A DNA stretch of 63,056 nt, filler included, from Lenisia limosa (lineage: Eukaryota; Protista; Breviatea), in the NCBI GenBank assembly GCA_001655205.1. It is 8 parts of 8 records of this genome, joined end to end, with 100 filler letters (N's around TTAATTAATTAA, not from the genome) between each part and the next. Parts side by side here need not be neighbours in the genome. Positions count along the whole stretch, not along the records: positions 1 to 14,245 come from LPNZ01003877.1; positions 14,346 to 21,259 come from LPNZ01006539.1; 6 more parts are not named here. One strand, given 5' to 3'. Numbering within the stretch: position 1 is the stretch's first letter; the number at the start of each line of letters is the position of its first letter. A program made the translations under genes and the position numbers. This document shows, in pieces, positions 9,701-19,699 of the stretch. Below the pieces are notes generated by a model. That model saw only the letters and a list, made by a program, of their open reading frames with translations, searched no databases and had not been told where the DNA came from.

Positions 9701-12626
9701 TTCCAATAGAATGTCATCGGTTGTTCTAACTGGTTTCCTGAATGCTTCAGCCAAGACCGCCTTCTTGAACTTCGACCGACGTTGCTCCTACCCGCGGTTA
9801 TATACAATATCATTGCGAGATAGATAACATATAATTATATTATCTAATATATTAGTATAAATATCAATTAGTAAATAGTAATCTGATATAGTATAGTAAA
9901 TATATCATGTGTTATACATAATATCATATAGTACTGATATATTATGATCTGTGGTGCTAGATCATGAATATATAATAGATTGTACTGTACGGGGAGTAAT
10001 CCCGATTTCAAAGAGGAAAATCTCACCTGTTCTTGCTGCTTCTTCTTCATTTCTTCTTCTTTCTTCTTCCGCTCCGATTCTTTCTTTAACACTTTCAGCT
10101 CCTTTTCCTTCTGTATCTTCATCAGCTCCTCATCACTCCCGTCCTCCGAGCCTTCAGAGCTCCCATGTTCGCTCTCGTCATACCATCTTGCTCGAAATGT
10201 CATCAAAGCATATGCGAAAATCGAACCAAGCTGCTCGTTTCCCGTGTTGCTCTTTTGAGTCTCTGCTTCTTGAGTTTTCTTCTTTTCCTCTTCCTCCTCT
10301 TGTTTCTTCTGACGGACTCTTTCCTCCAATTCGTCCAACCGTTTTTTCCTTTCCTCTTCTTTTATCTTCTTCATCTTTTGATGTTCCTTTAGAAGCTCCT
10401 GATGCCTTTCAGCCTTCTTCTTCTTTTCTTCCTCCAGCATCTTTGCCTTCCTTACTTTGTCTGCTTTCTTTTCTTCCTCCATCATCTTTATCTTACTTTC
10501 GTTTTCTGCCTTTTCTTCCTCCGGCATTTTTGCCTTCCATTCTTTTGCTGCTTTCTTTTCTTCCTTCTTCCTTTGCTGTTCCTTCAAAAACTCTTCATGC
10601 TTCTCGGCCTTACGCTTCTTCTCCTCTTCCTTTGCGATATTCAGCTTCTGCAGCTCCTTCAACTCTTCCCGCTTCTGATTCTCTGCTTCCTTCAATTTAA
10701 GCAGAGTAGCTTTGTTTTGTGCCTCCAATGCTCTGTGATCCTCAGAAGGGCTTTTACTTGACACTTTGATGATGTGTTCGGTTTGGGCCTCTTGTGCCGC
10801 CGTAACTTTGTCGCGGAGGGCTTTGCGCTTGATCTCAAGATCCTTCATTTTCTCAATGTAGGTTTCGGATTTTTCGGCTGTCTGTGGAGGTGAATGTCTT
10901 AGGCTATTCATAATTTCCCTACAGTCCCAGAAAAGACCAGTTTAAAAGCGATATTAATCGAGGATTTATCAAGAAATTCAGTCTTTTTTCGGACTGTTGG
11001 GAGCTGTATTCGTTAATTGTATGCACGATAAGTCCTGACTTTATCTTTAGTCAATCGTGTCAGGACCTATCGCGGTCACTGTACATAAGACATGATATGA
11101 TATGATAAGCTTTAGAGCATATTCACACTCATATACAGTGACCAAGATAAGTCTTGTTCCTTAGGAAATCACAGGTCAAGACTTATCCCGGTCACTGTAT
11201 GTAATTTATATGATAAGCTTTCGCATAAGAAGCTCACCAATCTGGTTTCCGGTTCTTGAAGGAGCGATTTATCAACGTCCGGAAACTCAATTGAAATCGG
11301 AATGCCCCGATCAACCCTGTTGTACGTGAAACGAGATTGTTAGGCCTTTCCTACGGTTTGGTTCGAAAAGACCAGTAAAATATCGAGGATTTATCGAGAA
11401 TTTGGTCTTGTTTGAAACATCACGCATTATTCACAAACAACACCCGCCCACATGTCGTCAAATGTTGCGTCAAAATCTTCAGTCTTGTAGAACACTTGGT
11501 ATGAAGATGAGTCGAGAACAGGGACACACTGAATAGTCATTAGTGTGAAATGGAATAGTGTACAAACATGGGTGGCGTGAAATGGGAACAATGACTTATC
11601 GATAGGGCCTCACTTCGGTTCGAAAAAGACGGTAAAATAACGATAATTTTCGAGGATTTATCGAGAAATTAAGTCTTTTTCGAACCGAACTTATCTTGTT
11701 TCGCTCAATGATTCCACATTAACTAATTATAAATTAATAATTTATCGCATTTCAAGCTTGTTCTTTAAAATATAACATCTAAATTTATGTTTTCGACATT
11801 ATGTAATATGATTGATATGTTCTTACGATATGTACTAAAAGTTATACGCACGAAAAATCCTCAAGAGATATCTTACTCCAGCTTATGAATAATTTCCGTT
11901 TATTTTGAAGCCTTCCTTGTTTCACACCTTTTCGCTAACATTCTTCAAAATGTTTTCTTCGGCTTTACCCCCCCCCCCCNNNNNNNNNNNNNNNNNNNNN
12001 NNNNNNNNNNNNNNNNNNNNNNNNNNNNNNNNNNNNNGAATAGTTCTAGACTTGGTCTGACAGGCGTGGCAAACACCCTGATGGTCAATGGGCAAGCAAC
12101 ATGCAATTCATTCATGTTTCAAACAGTTGATATTGCTGATTATATGAAGAGATAAAAAATATAAAAAGGGAGTATCTGGCCGAAGTAAGATATATTGGGT
12201 TATAGAATAATACCAATTCATCCAATTATTTGCTTTACAACTCTGTGCACACAGCCTTCTGCGTGCCTCCCCAGCATATTTATGATTACAACGGCTTCCA
12301 CCAAGCCAACAAACATACCTCGGTAAAAGCATTGCTCAGCTGTCTGGCTCTCAAGCAAGTGGCACATAAGTCAACAGGGTCGCTGTCCTCGAGATATATC
12401 TGTAATTCACACTGTTCCTCATCGGTCAGCTGCAGAGCTATATCAAGGAAGGGAATAACCAATTTTGGAGTCGTTCTGATTGGCGTCGCTGAGGAAGATA
12501 AAGGCTCAGCAACTGTCATTGTACAACGGAAAGAAGGGGTTGATTTGTGGGTCGGATCAATTGCAATAGGGAAGTTTGGGGTGGTAAAGTTGCTAAAGAG
12601 AGGAAAATGGACAATCAAGGAAAAGC
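724..12626 (-). CDS. Multi-exon Cid1/TRF4/GLD-2-family (pol-beta superfamily) RNA nucleotidyltransferase with N-terminal C4 zinc finger and KE-rich coiled coil, C-terminal Q-rich region and RG-rich tail
   Basis: Phase-consistent GT-AG exons: 12319-~12626, from 12077 into an N gap, 11452-11528, 11238-11316, 10027-10881 (KE-rich), 9700-9787, 9286-9346, 8840-8962, 8717-8767, 8186-8318, 7837-7923, 7447-7566, 7158-7238, 6962-7014, 6485-6563, 5905-6020, 5435-5564, 5091-5121, 4752-4828, 4486-4529, 3759-3821, 3447-3584, ~2427-3189, 2263-2331, 1954-1995, 1349-1414, 724-813 (TAA). Motifs: YGSTVQGLRDPNSDIDITI, DCRVPIFRF, EISYGNLNAILNTKML, IRQWARKNEIN..GNLNMTAWAYMAIHFL, LFFEFFRFYG, FDWNHEIVSI. The start codon was not located and the 2263-to-1995 junction is unresolved. 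Confidence 0.85.
816..986 (+). repeat. Dispersed repeat family D (GGGGAGTAAAACGAAGGAA...AAAATTGGAAAATTT...AAATCAACTC...ACACGAGGGTTGAAAA...CAAACAAAGCCC)
   Basis: Copies at 5570-5729, 7575-7650, 8321-8388 and 40892-41030, and reverse-oriented at 14060-14187 and 56062-56092. Confidence 0.75.
1248..1323. mobile_element. MITE family A (TA-CAGTGACCGGGATAAGTCTTGACC ... GGTCAAGACTTATCCCGGTCACTG-TA), Tc1/mariner-like
   Basis: Near-perfect ~30-bp terminal inverted repeats beginning CAGTG, TA on both sides, intronic. Confidence 0.85.
1828..1929. mobile_element. MITE family B copy
   Basis: GGAGCTTCACTTTTTGGTTCC...GGAACCGAAAGTGAAGCTCC. Confidence 0.75.
2530..2995 (-). repeat. Intragenic tandem duplication (~220-240 nt, 2 copies) plus CAG/CAA poly-Q runs in a coding exon
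   Basis: SRYTQPA(H/AP)PQRTQEKPTPQQNFARN(I/F)LQQ..QRQLQQQQYQQ occurs twice (~2780-2995 and ~2530-2735), separated by an N block. Confidence 0.85.
3666..3742. mobile_element. MITE family A copy
   Basis: Same TIRs, right end diverged. Confidence 0.75.
3858..4343. mobile_element. Cluster of MITE family B copies (3858-3956, ~3995-4045 partial, 4114-4206, 4247-4343 B2 subtype)
   Basis: Four copies in one intron, each with the TIR or ATCGA core. Confidence 0.8.
4999..5066. mobile_element. MITE family B2, partial
   Basis: TA-GGGCTTCCCAACGGTCCCAAAAAAGAC plus core. Confidence 0.7.
5737..5893. repeat. Tandem repeat, 37-38 bp x ~4 (intronic)
   Basis: Unit CAACACTGACAATTTATGGAAAGTGACTGATGCGG(G)AA, head to tail, no spacers. 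Confidence 0.9.
6174..6240. repeat. Tandem repeat, ~15 bp x 4-5
   Basis: Unit GAGTCTGGAATGAAA. Confidence 0.8.
7268..7330. repeat. Tandem repeat, ~24 bp x 3
   Basis: AAGAAGATATTTAACAAGG(G)AAA. Confidence 0.75.
7447..8962 (-). CDS. Catalytic nucleotidyltransferase core exons of the above gene
   Basis: hGS..DxD signature spliced across 8840/8767 (YGSTVQG|LRDPNSDIDI), followed by RVPI, the hIS..N....NT.hL strand and the K.WAK-like helix. All five exons have canonical splice sites and matching phase. Confidence 0.9.
7740..7819. mobile_element. MITE family B, right part
   Basis: Core plus GTCTTTTTTTGGGACCGTAGTGAAGCCC. Confidence 0.7.
9409..9444. mobile_element. MITE family A, left arm only
   Basis: TA-CAGTGACCAGGATAAGTCTTGACC. 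Confidence 0.7.
9604..9679. mobile_element. MITE family B2 copy
   Basis: TA-GGGCTTCCCTACAGTCC...GGACCGAAGGAAAGCC-TA. Confidence 0.75.
10915..11690. mobile_element. MITE family B copies in three successive introns (10915-11004, 11343-11418, 11605-11690)
   Basis: TIR and core matches. Confidence 0.7.
11024..11197. mobile_element. Two adjacent MITE family A copies (11024-11080 partial; 11136-11197 internally deleted)
   Basis: Ends GGTCACTG-TA; the second copy has both TIRs and TA flanks. Confidence 0.8.
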
Positions 12627-13259
12627 TATCAGCTCAGCAAAATCGCCACAGCAGGGTAGGGGCGAGAGAGGCGAGCGTGGTACGCTTCAGTCTAGGATCC
12701 TTGAGTGAAGGCCTGCACCGGGCTAAAATGACACATTAAAACTCCTTAAACACGTTTCTTTTGTTTATTTTCTCGTCAAAGGACTGGAAGGGCTAGTTAC
12801 CGAGTTTTTCTGATAAAATAGAGTAAGAAAAATTCACTTGCGGACACTCCATCACGTGACAGTTCAGTTCATTGATCACGTGTTCTTTTGCTTTTGTTCC
12901 GGATTTTGAAATCCGAAACAATAACTCTTACATTTTCTTGTTTAAGCGAAGTAGTCATTTAGTCAGTGAAAGCCCTCTGCAGAGGGATCATTTTGCTACA
13001 AGGTATGGCCTAAATTTGATTATATCTTGGTATTTTCCCAAAATGCCATTGTCTCATTCTTTAGATGGGTTCTTCTACTGAAAAAGAGCAGGAAATGTCC
13101 GAAATGAAAAATGTATGTGGGCTATTTCTTCCAGTTTTTAATTGCAATTGCCCATCTTCTTTCTGCACTCTTTCAAGGGCATTTAAAGGCTATTTTCTTG
13201 CTTGCTCTTCATATCAGACTCATTGCGGCTGACTATTTCTTTCGGAGTGTTGTTTCTTA

Positions 13260-14584
13260 ATGTCTTTTAGACCGCTGATGCCGAAGTTGGCAGATCTGCT
13301 CGCCCACCACCATTTGATTTCCCAAAGGCACCTCTTCCGCCTAAGAGACGTTGGATTAACGCTGTGCCTTGGTGGGGTTTCCCACCTATCGTTGGTATGC
13401 GGGCTATACGGAGACTTATCTGATTTACAACTTGTTTTAACAATATTACGGAGCTTAGGGTTGGAAATTCCTTCGTCCGAAACACGTATATTCTATTATT
13501 CAGCTTTCTTCGTCTTTCTCTTCATTATCGCTTCCAAATTTTGGTCACTTAACGTTTTAGACAACAACTTGGTCCGATTCACGTCCTTCTTCATCTTCCT
13601 CTGTGCTCTGACAGTCTTGGTCTTTGGTGTGATCTTAGGCAATGATGAAGTGTGGTGGCTTGTCCCCTTCATGCTCTGCGACTTCTTCATTCGCACATGC
13701 TTCGGCTTTGTTCCTTTCTCGTAAGCTGGCCGGCTTTGACAATAGGGGCTTTGTGAATTTGCAATAGGCCGAGAGGCCACTTTTTGCTTCTCTTGACATA
13801 TCTTCCCAATACTTCTTTATCATCATACTAATGGGCACAAGGGTTGCACTCCTCAAAAGTGCACCATTGGTACATGGTACCCCCCACTTTTAGCCTGATG
13901 ATATGTAATTATGTACAGTGATCGGGATAGTCTTGACCGATTTGCAAATGATTTCCCCAAGGAAAATCAGTCAAGACTTATCCGGTCACTGTACATCCTC
14001 AGCCAGATCTTCACTTCATCTTCGATACCCCCCCCCCCATCCTCCTAGCGAATGGCCTGGGCTTTGTTGTGTTGTCAGCCAACTGAGTTGATATTTGGGC
14101 CTTTATTTCATAAATTTTCCAATTTTACTCTAAGTACCTTTACGCCAATATTCGTCATCGACATTTCCTTCGTTTTACCCCCCCCCCAGCCCCCTCGGTA
14201 TGCTTGCCACCGCCCTCCTCTTCCTTGTCGGCAAGAAGACCATGANNNNNNNNNNNNNNNNNNNNNNNNNNNNNNNNNNNNNNNNNNNNTTAATTAATTA
14301 ANNNNNNNNNNNNNNNNNNNNNNNNNNNNNNNNNNNNNNNNNNNNGGAGGTGCATGGATGTTGGAATGTGTGAAGAGTACACGGAGGTAATTGTGGGAAA
14401 CCAGTTGGTAATCAAGGGGACGGTATGTTTCTCCTTTTTTGTAAACATTTATGTCCACAAGGAACGGGTAATATATCCATCAACGGTGTACCCACATGCC
14501 TTTTGTGAGGCCGGATGGCGTCATATGAGGGATGCTTCATTGCCTTGCTGGGATCTTATGAAATACATTCAATGTGTTGAATAA
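13260..14584 (+). CDS. Small multi-pass membrane protein, DUF4395-like
   Basis: ORF 13260-13720 contains NVLDNNLVRFTSFFIFLCALTVLVFGVILG..VWWLVPFMLCDFFIRTCFG. It splices (TC|gtaagc ... cccag|C at 14189) in phase to SPLGMLATALLFLVGKKTM, giving the DEN..R / DF.LR..G..SPL pattern I recall for DUF4395. Probable 3' exons at 14346-14427 and 14461-14584 lie beyond a gap and are less certain. Confidence 0.6.
13916..13991. mobile_element. MITE family A copy
   Basis: Both TIRs and TA flanks, in the DUF4395-like gene intron. Confidence 0.85.
14246..14345. other. Assembly linker N44-TTAATTAATTAA-N44 (also at 21260-21359, 40792-40891, 42953-43052, 45071-45170, 59884-59983, 61638-61737)
   Basis: Identical 100-nt structure seven times; the core puts stops in all six frames, so it is an artificial contig spacer of unknown true length. 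Confidence 0.95.
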
Positions 14585-14872
14585 TAAATACCCATCTCGC
14601 TTCTCGGTTTCGACCCCCCCCCCCNNNNNNNNNNNNNNNNNNNNNNNNNNNNNNNNNNNNNNNNNNNNNNNNNNNNNNNNNNNNNNNNNNNNNNNNNNNN
14701 NNNNNNNNNNNNNNNNNNNNNNNNNNNNNNNNNNNNATTTTTACAACTTTCCTCCCCCCTTTTTAAACATTTTGTAGTGACATGCGCCCTCAGGAAGTGA
14801 CCGAGATTGTACCCCTACCGTCTGAAGTTGACAGTAAGCCATGAGGATAGAAGCTTTTGTTGTTTGTCTTAC

Positions 14873-17100
14873 CTCGACCGCAACATGTATCTGGCTCCAT
14901 CACCGTGTCATCAAAACTAATGTTTTGGTCAAGAATATAACACTTTTCAATGTTGCATCTCAATTTGTAAAAAAAACCTTCCAACAAGATCTTGTGCTGA
15001 TCTGTCTCAAAAATTGAATTTTTATAAAAGCCTTGCTGAGACATTTTTTAAACTTGTTTTTATAATTTTATTGTATGTATATGTAGTTTTTGGTTTAAAT
15101 TTTGTTGAAATAGCCGGGTTTAAGTGGAGAAAATAATAATTTACAGAAATACGGATATTTACGGGAATTCTGCGCGGTAGTATATATATATTTATTGCTA
15201 AACACTTTACAACTCTTCACATAAATACAACATTAACAGTTTTTGAAAAATAATTACCCTCTCCAATGCAGAATAACACCAGAGCTTGCTGCAACAGCTC
15301 ATTAGTATTGCCGTTTTCGTGCAATATTAATATAGAATATTTAGGTAGCAACGTGTTTATTAACTAGGTCAAAGGTACAGCTCAAAGAAGAGAGGCAAAT
15401 GAAAACAGAGAGGGAGAAATCATTTTCTAAATAGAGCCATATATTCTAAAATAGTCTGATCAGTAATATCTCACCTTAAGAGGGCTAAGATAGACCGAGA
15501 GGGTAATTCAGAAGAAAGCCAATGATAAGGGCTCCATAAAGGCTGAAGATTGCGCTCATAACGAAGGTTTCTATTTCGTTAAGCAGCCCTACCTCTTCTT
15601 CAGAGAGGAAGCATTCTATTTTTAAGCCGTTAAAACTTCGCATGAGCTGTAATAATCAAACCAATAGTACATAATACGAGCTCAGAGACAACTCAGAGAC
15701 AACGAGAAACAAAATAATTCGAAAAATCACATTTATTTCAGTTTTTCTGGGGTATCATATTTCTATCATTGTTCTATACACTTCAGTGTAATGAATAGAA
15801 AACTCGGTCGAAGAGAATACAAGATATGGTTGAAAAAAGTGAAATACAGCAAAACTGTTTTTGATCTCTAATCAGATTTAATGATGGATCTTATCAACCT
15901 TTGTTGCTTAGATAAAACAGTTAAAATCATTTTCCAAACGAGAGCCCACGCTACCTCGCCAAAACCTACCAAAAGCGCACGTATTCCTTTTGTTCCTCTT
16001 TTTCTAGTTTTGCATGATTATGTTAATATAAGTATATTTAATAGTATTAGAGGTAGTCAGGAAGTGAATAGTGTTTTCATTGTCCTTTTCCATTCAGTAA
16101 CTCGCGTCTCTTTCCCCCTCCTTACCTCTCTTAGCAGTTTTATGGTATAGATTAGTACTCTGTCATTCCCGATAAGTGTTTGCTCATATTCATAATCACC
16201 CTGTCCCATGTCTCGATTCTTGATATTGACCCTCTTAAAACCCCACCAACTTGGATATATGTTATGCATTATTTACCATTAAACTGGCCCATCTGTTGAT
16301 TTCAGGGTATAATAGTAAGTGTGTGGTCAAATCATGTTCAATCCCCAAAAAATGGAGTAACACAACCACCTTAAGTGAAAAACTATTAAAAAAAAATTGC
16401 GTAATTAAAATGACCCTGAGGAATCAATCCGAAGGGTAGTTTTCTTTGCTGAGATAACGAGACCTTTCCTAAGTGGAGGCTACCAGTTTAGCGGAACGAA
16501 GTGAAGCAAACGAGTAACCGTAGCAACGGAAAGGTCGAGTTAGCGAAGCAGAAGAAGACCAATCAGGCAAGGCCAAGTGGGAATTCGCTTGGAAATAACT
16601 GAATTCGCTGGAAACTACGCTGTTGTATTTCTCTATTCAATATATGAGCGTATGCACTCTCACACTTTTTTGTTTTGGAATGATCTTTGTTTTTTCTCAA
16701 AAAAAAAAGAAAATCTGTTGATCTCTGGACTGGACAATTTCATTTCAAAACTGTGGCTGTAATTCATTCCGAGAAATTTTAAAGACTAATTTTTAATGTG
16801 TTCAAACACAGGAAAATGTTTAATACTGATACCTTCAATTAAAGCTCCAAGGAGCACACNNNNNNNNNNNNNNNNNNNNNNNNNNNNNNNNNNNNNNNNN
16901 NNNNNNNNNNNNNNNNNNNNNNNNNNNNNNNNNNNNNNNNNNNNNNNNNNNNNNNNNNNNNNNNNNNNNNNNNNTCCCGGCACGTTCCACAAAGTAGGGT
17001 TTTGCATCATTTCGTCCCTCAAAAGGAAATGAGTCGTCTCAAGAGACAAAGTCTCAACCATCTCACCGAGGCCCAGACTCTCTCCCGATTCTAGTAAAGC
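14873..17100 (-). CDS. Probable exons of an unidentified minus-strand gene or genes
   Basis: Exon-like segments with splice signals: MSQQGFYKNSIF...CCGR|gtaaga (14873-15044), MHNIYPSWWGFKR...KLLRE|gtaagg (~16126-16269), tag|ESGESLGLGEMVETLSLETTHFLLRDEMMQNPTLWN (~16984-17091). No domain recognised and connectivity not established. Confidence 0.3.
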
Positions 17101-18218
17101 AAAATGGCCTTTCCTAATTTTCCTCGATATGTAATTATCAAATTTTCATGGCTTTCTATTTTTACACTTCCAAAAGACAGCTTAGAAGGGGGAAATAAGA
17201 GCAAGTGCCAAGATCTGTCATGACCCATTTTCCATATGGGGCATCCTTCGCTTGCTTGAAGTGTAAAACTATTTATACAAGTGGTGCATGTTGACATACA
17301 TAAGACCCGAATTCAATTTTCCCCTTCTCTTCTATTAAATGTAATTCTCCATTCCTGGGTTCATATTTGATAAGATTCTTTTTTTTTTCTTCGATATCAC
17401 CGTCGAAGCCCCATGTAACTATACAGGCATAATTATTCTACTTTCACTTGTACAAACACCATCAACGTTTTTGAGAAATATCTTGAAAAAAATTTAAGTT
17501 TATACTGTTCATGGTTTAGGGAAGAGTCTTTAAAGAATCTTGTTTCTTTGTTTACACCTCGTCAATTAGCTGCCTTTTTTCTAAAAGTTCAATTTATTTT
17601 TTAATTTGGTTGAATATGAACATCGTTCAGCCCAACAGTTATTTGAAATTTGGAACGCTTTTAAAGCTGAAGCCATTTAATATACTTTTTTTCCAAAGTT
17701 GCCACCAAGGTCGACGGGGGAGGGGAGATCTCAGTCACAAATAGGTGGTTTCGACACTTTTCTTGAGATACTATGATAATGACTCAGTACAAGAAAACCA
17801 TGTACTATGTGGGAACACAGTCATATAAAATCAAAAACAAAGTTGGACCATAGATATGGACATAAGCACATGGGTATGAAAAACATTGCTTGATTTTCGA
17901 TATAAAAAAAAAGACGTAAATTATTGAGTTTCATCAGAGTTTCATCAGAAGACGAACGCCTGCTTGAGTTAATTTTTTTCATTTTTACAATGATCATTAA
18001 ATCCAATTTAATCCAAAATATTTCGGAACAGCCTTATAAAATGGTGAAAACTCATTGAATGTCAAAAAAAACCGACAGGAATATTAAATAATGACCAAAG
18101 GAAAACTTTTACATTTCCAGGAAAAAATTGTTCGGACCAGGAAAACCACTCTCACCACCAGAGAACCCACTCCCAGGAAAACCACTTTACACGAGAACAA
18201 AGATAAGATGCATGTTAG

Positions 18219-18357
18219 GATTTAGCTAATTTGCTTAGGGTTATTAAGATTAGAGCTGATTTGCTTGGTTATTACAATCGCATCAGATTTGTTCAGGGTA
18301 ATTAATACGATTTCAACAGAATTGCTTTGGTTAACTACACTTGAAGCTGTTTTGCCT
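18219..18357. repeat. Degenerate ~29-30 bp tandem array x ~5
   Basis: Recurring GCT.ATTTGCTT(A)GG.TTATTA-like units. Confidence 0.5.
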
Positions 18358-18639
18358 ACTAACGCTATTTTAAAATCCGATTAGGGTTTTGGGAGTCTGG
18401 ATTTCTGTTTCTGACGTCGTTAGAAGTTTTAAAGGGCTATACGATGAGAAATGACTGTTTTTTCGACTTTTTCAACCCTTTTTTCCCCAATTAGGCAAAT
18501 ATCGAACTTTTTGGAACATTTAGGTCCCAATTCAAAAAAATATCGCAAAAGTTACGAGACTTCCGCAAACTTAATTCCAAATCTAAGAACATCGCAAAAT
18601 GACAACAGTAGCAAGATTTAGTCCTGATTTTTGAATAAA

Positions 18640-19000
18640 ATTTGCCCGCGCGCCCGGGCCGGACTGCCAAATTTCCTGGAATTTGTATGAAATTTTACAT
18701 TTATTATTTCATTTCATATTTCCAATGGTTTTTAATGATGTTCACATTGTAAGAGAGCAACTGTTCTAAAAGTTTATCAAAAATTGGGTAAATCGGGTTT
18801 AGTATCGGAAGTATTATACATAATATTATATAGATACAATAAATCGATATATCTTGTATATTATATACTATTAATATATCGATATATCTTGTATATTACA
18901 TATGTATAATGTATATCATATACTATATGATAAGATATATTGTACTATATACGATAGAAAGGCCATCATACGTGACGCGCGTTTGTGGCGCCAATTTTCC
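18640..19000. promoter_or_regulatory. Possible promoter region with CpG-rich boxes
   Basis: Isolated GC-rich motifs GCCCGCGCGCCCGGGCCGG (~18645) and ACGTGACGCGCGTTTGTGGCGCC (~18968) in otherwise AT-rich non-coding sequence. Positional inference only. Confidence 0.2.
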
Positions 19001-19699
19001 CCTAAAGAACGCTGAAGAACGCTTCCACATAGTTGTTGGTACATATTCATCTTACTCTTGTTTCGTAATATTATTCAGAAAATTATTGTAACATATAGCT
19101 AATATATATTTCAGGCTAAATCAGCATAAAAAATAATGATAAATAGCATCCACAATTTGAGAACTAATTCCACTTAGCAAAATGATACTCAACAAGATCG
19201 AATTTGGAAGGTAGAAAAGCAATGTATTTAGTCCATTGTTTATGTTGTAGAATGCTATTCAGTATCTTGGCTTGGCCGACAAAGTTGGTGATGTAATTGA
19301 AAGACCTTTACCTGACGTTCTGTTTTTGAGTAACTCTATTTTTTAGATTTGCATTAACAAATTGTGCGAAATCCCTGGCTCGGCGCTGGATTGGATATTG
19401 AAGGGAGGATGCAACTGTGGTTCGGGTGGTTGTGCAGGATGTTGGCCTTTTTGTTTAGGTACTAGGGGTTTCTCTTGTTATTGTTTAACAAACTGGGTCT
19501 TGTTATTGTTGGAATATGCCTTGCTTAAAGCGAGATGTGCTTCGACCTTTTTGGGTTCGAGTCTTGCACAAATACTAATTAAAAAAAGAAGAAATCTCTA
19601 ATTATTGATTGATCTCTAATATTTTCTTGATATCTTTCCTTTATGGTCCAAATTGATAGTATATGAAAGTTACAATCAAAAGAAGAGAGAAAGGAGGCA

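Noticed and set aside
9951-10761. Long plus-strand ORFs (249 aa and 119 aa) rich in S/L/F
   Set aside because: Antisense shadows of the KE-rich exon 10027-10881, which has phase-consistent splice sites on the minus strand.
13260-13860. Minus-strand frames that read like proteins if TAA/TAG/TGA are read through (suggesting a pseudogene or stop-codon reassignment)
   Set aside because: The plus strand encodes a spliced DUF4395-like protein here. The 285-codon KE exon and all catalytic exons use only CAA/CAG for Gln, and traced genes end in TAA or TGA, so there is no support for a variant code.
14246-14345. Recurrent TTAATTAATTAA motif
   Set aside because: Always centred in 44+44 N; an artificial six-frame-stop contig spacer.
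14790-15044. ISFDDTVMEP..GR as a piggyBac transposase motif
   Set aside because: Only one weak motif, followed by a strong GTAAGA donor; no other transposase motifs or TTAA/TIR ends.
19350-19570. TPR-like minus-strand frame (LEPKKVEAHLALSKAY) with an in-frame TAA
   Set aside because: A single short motif with no splice chain and stops in all frames; insufficient to call a gene or pseudogene.
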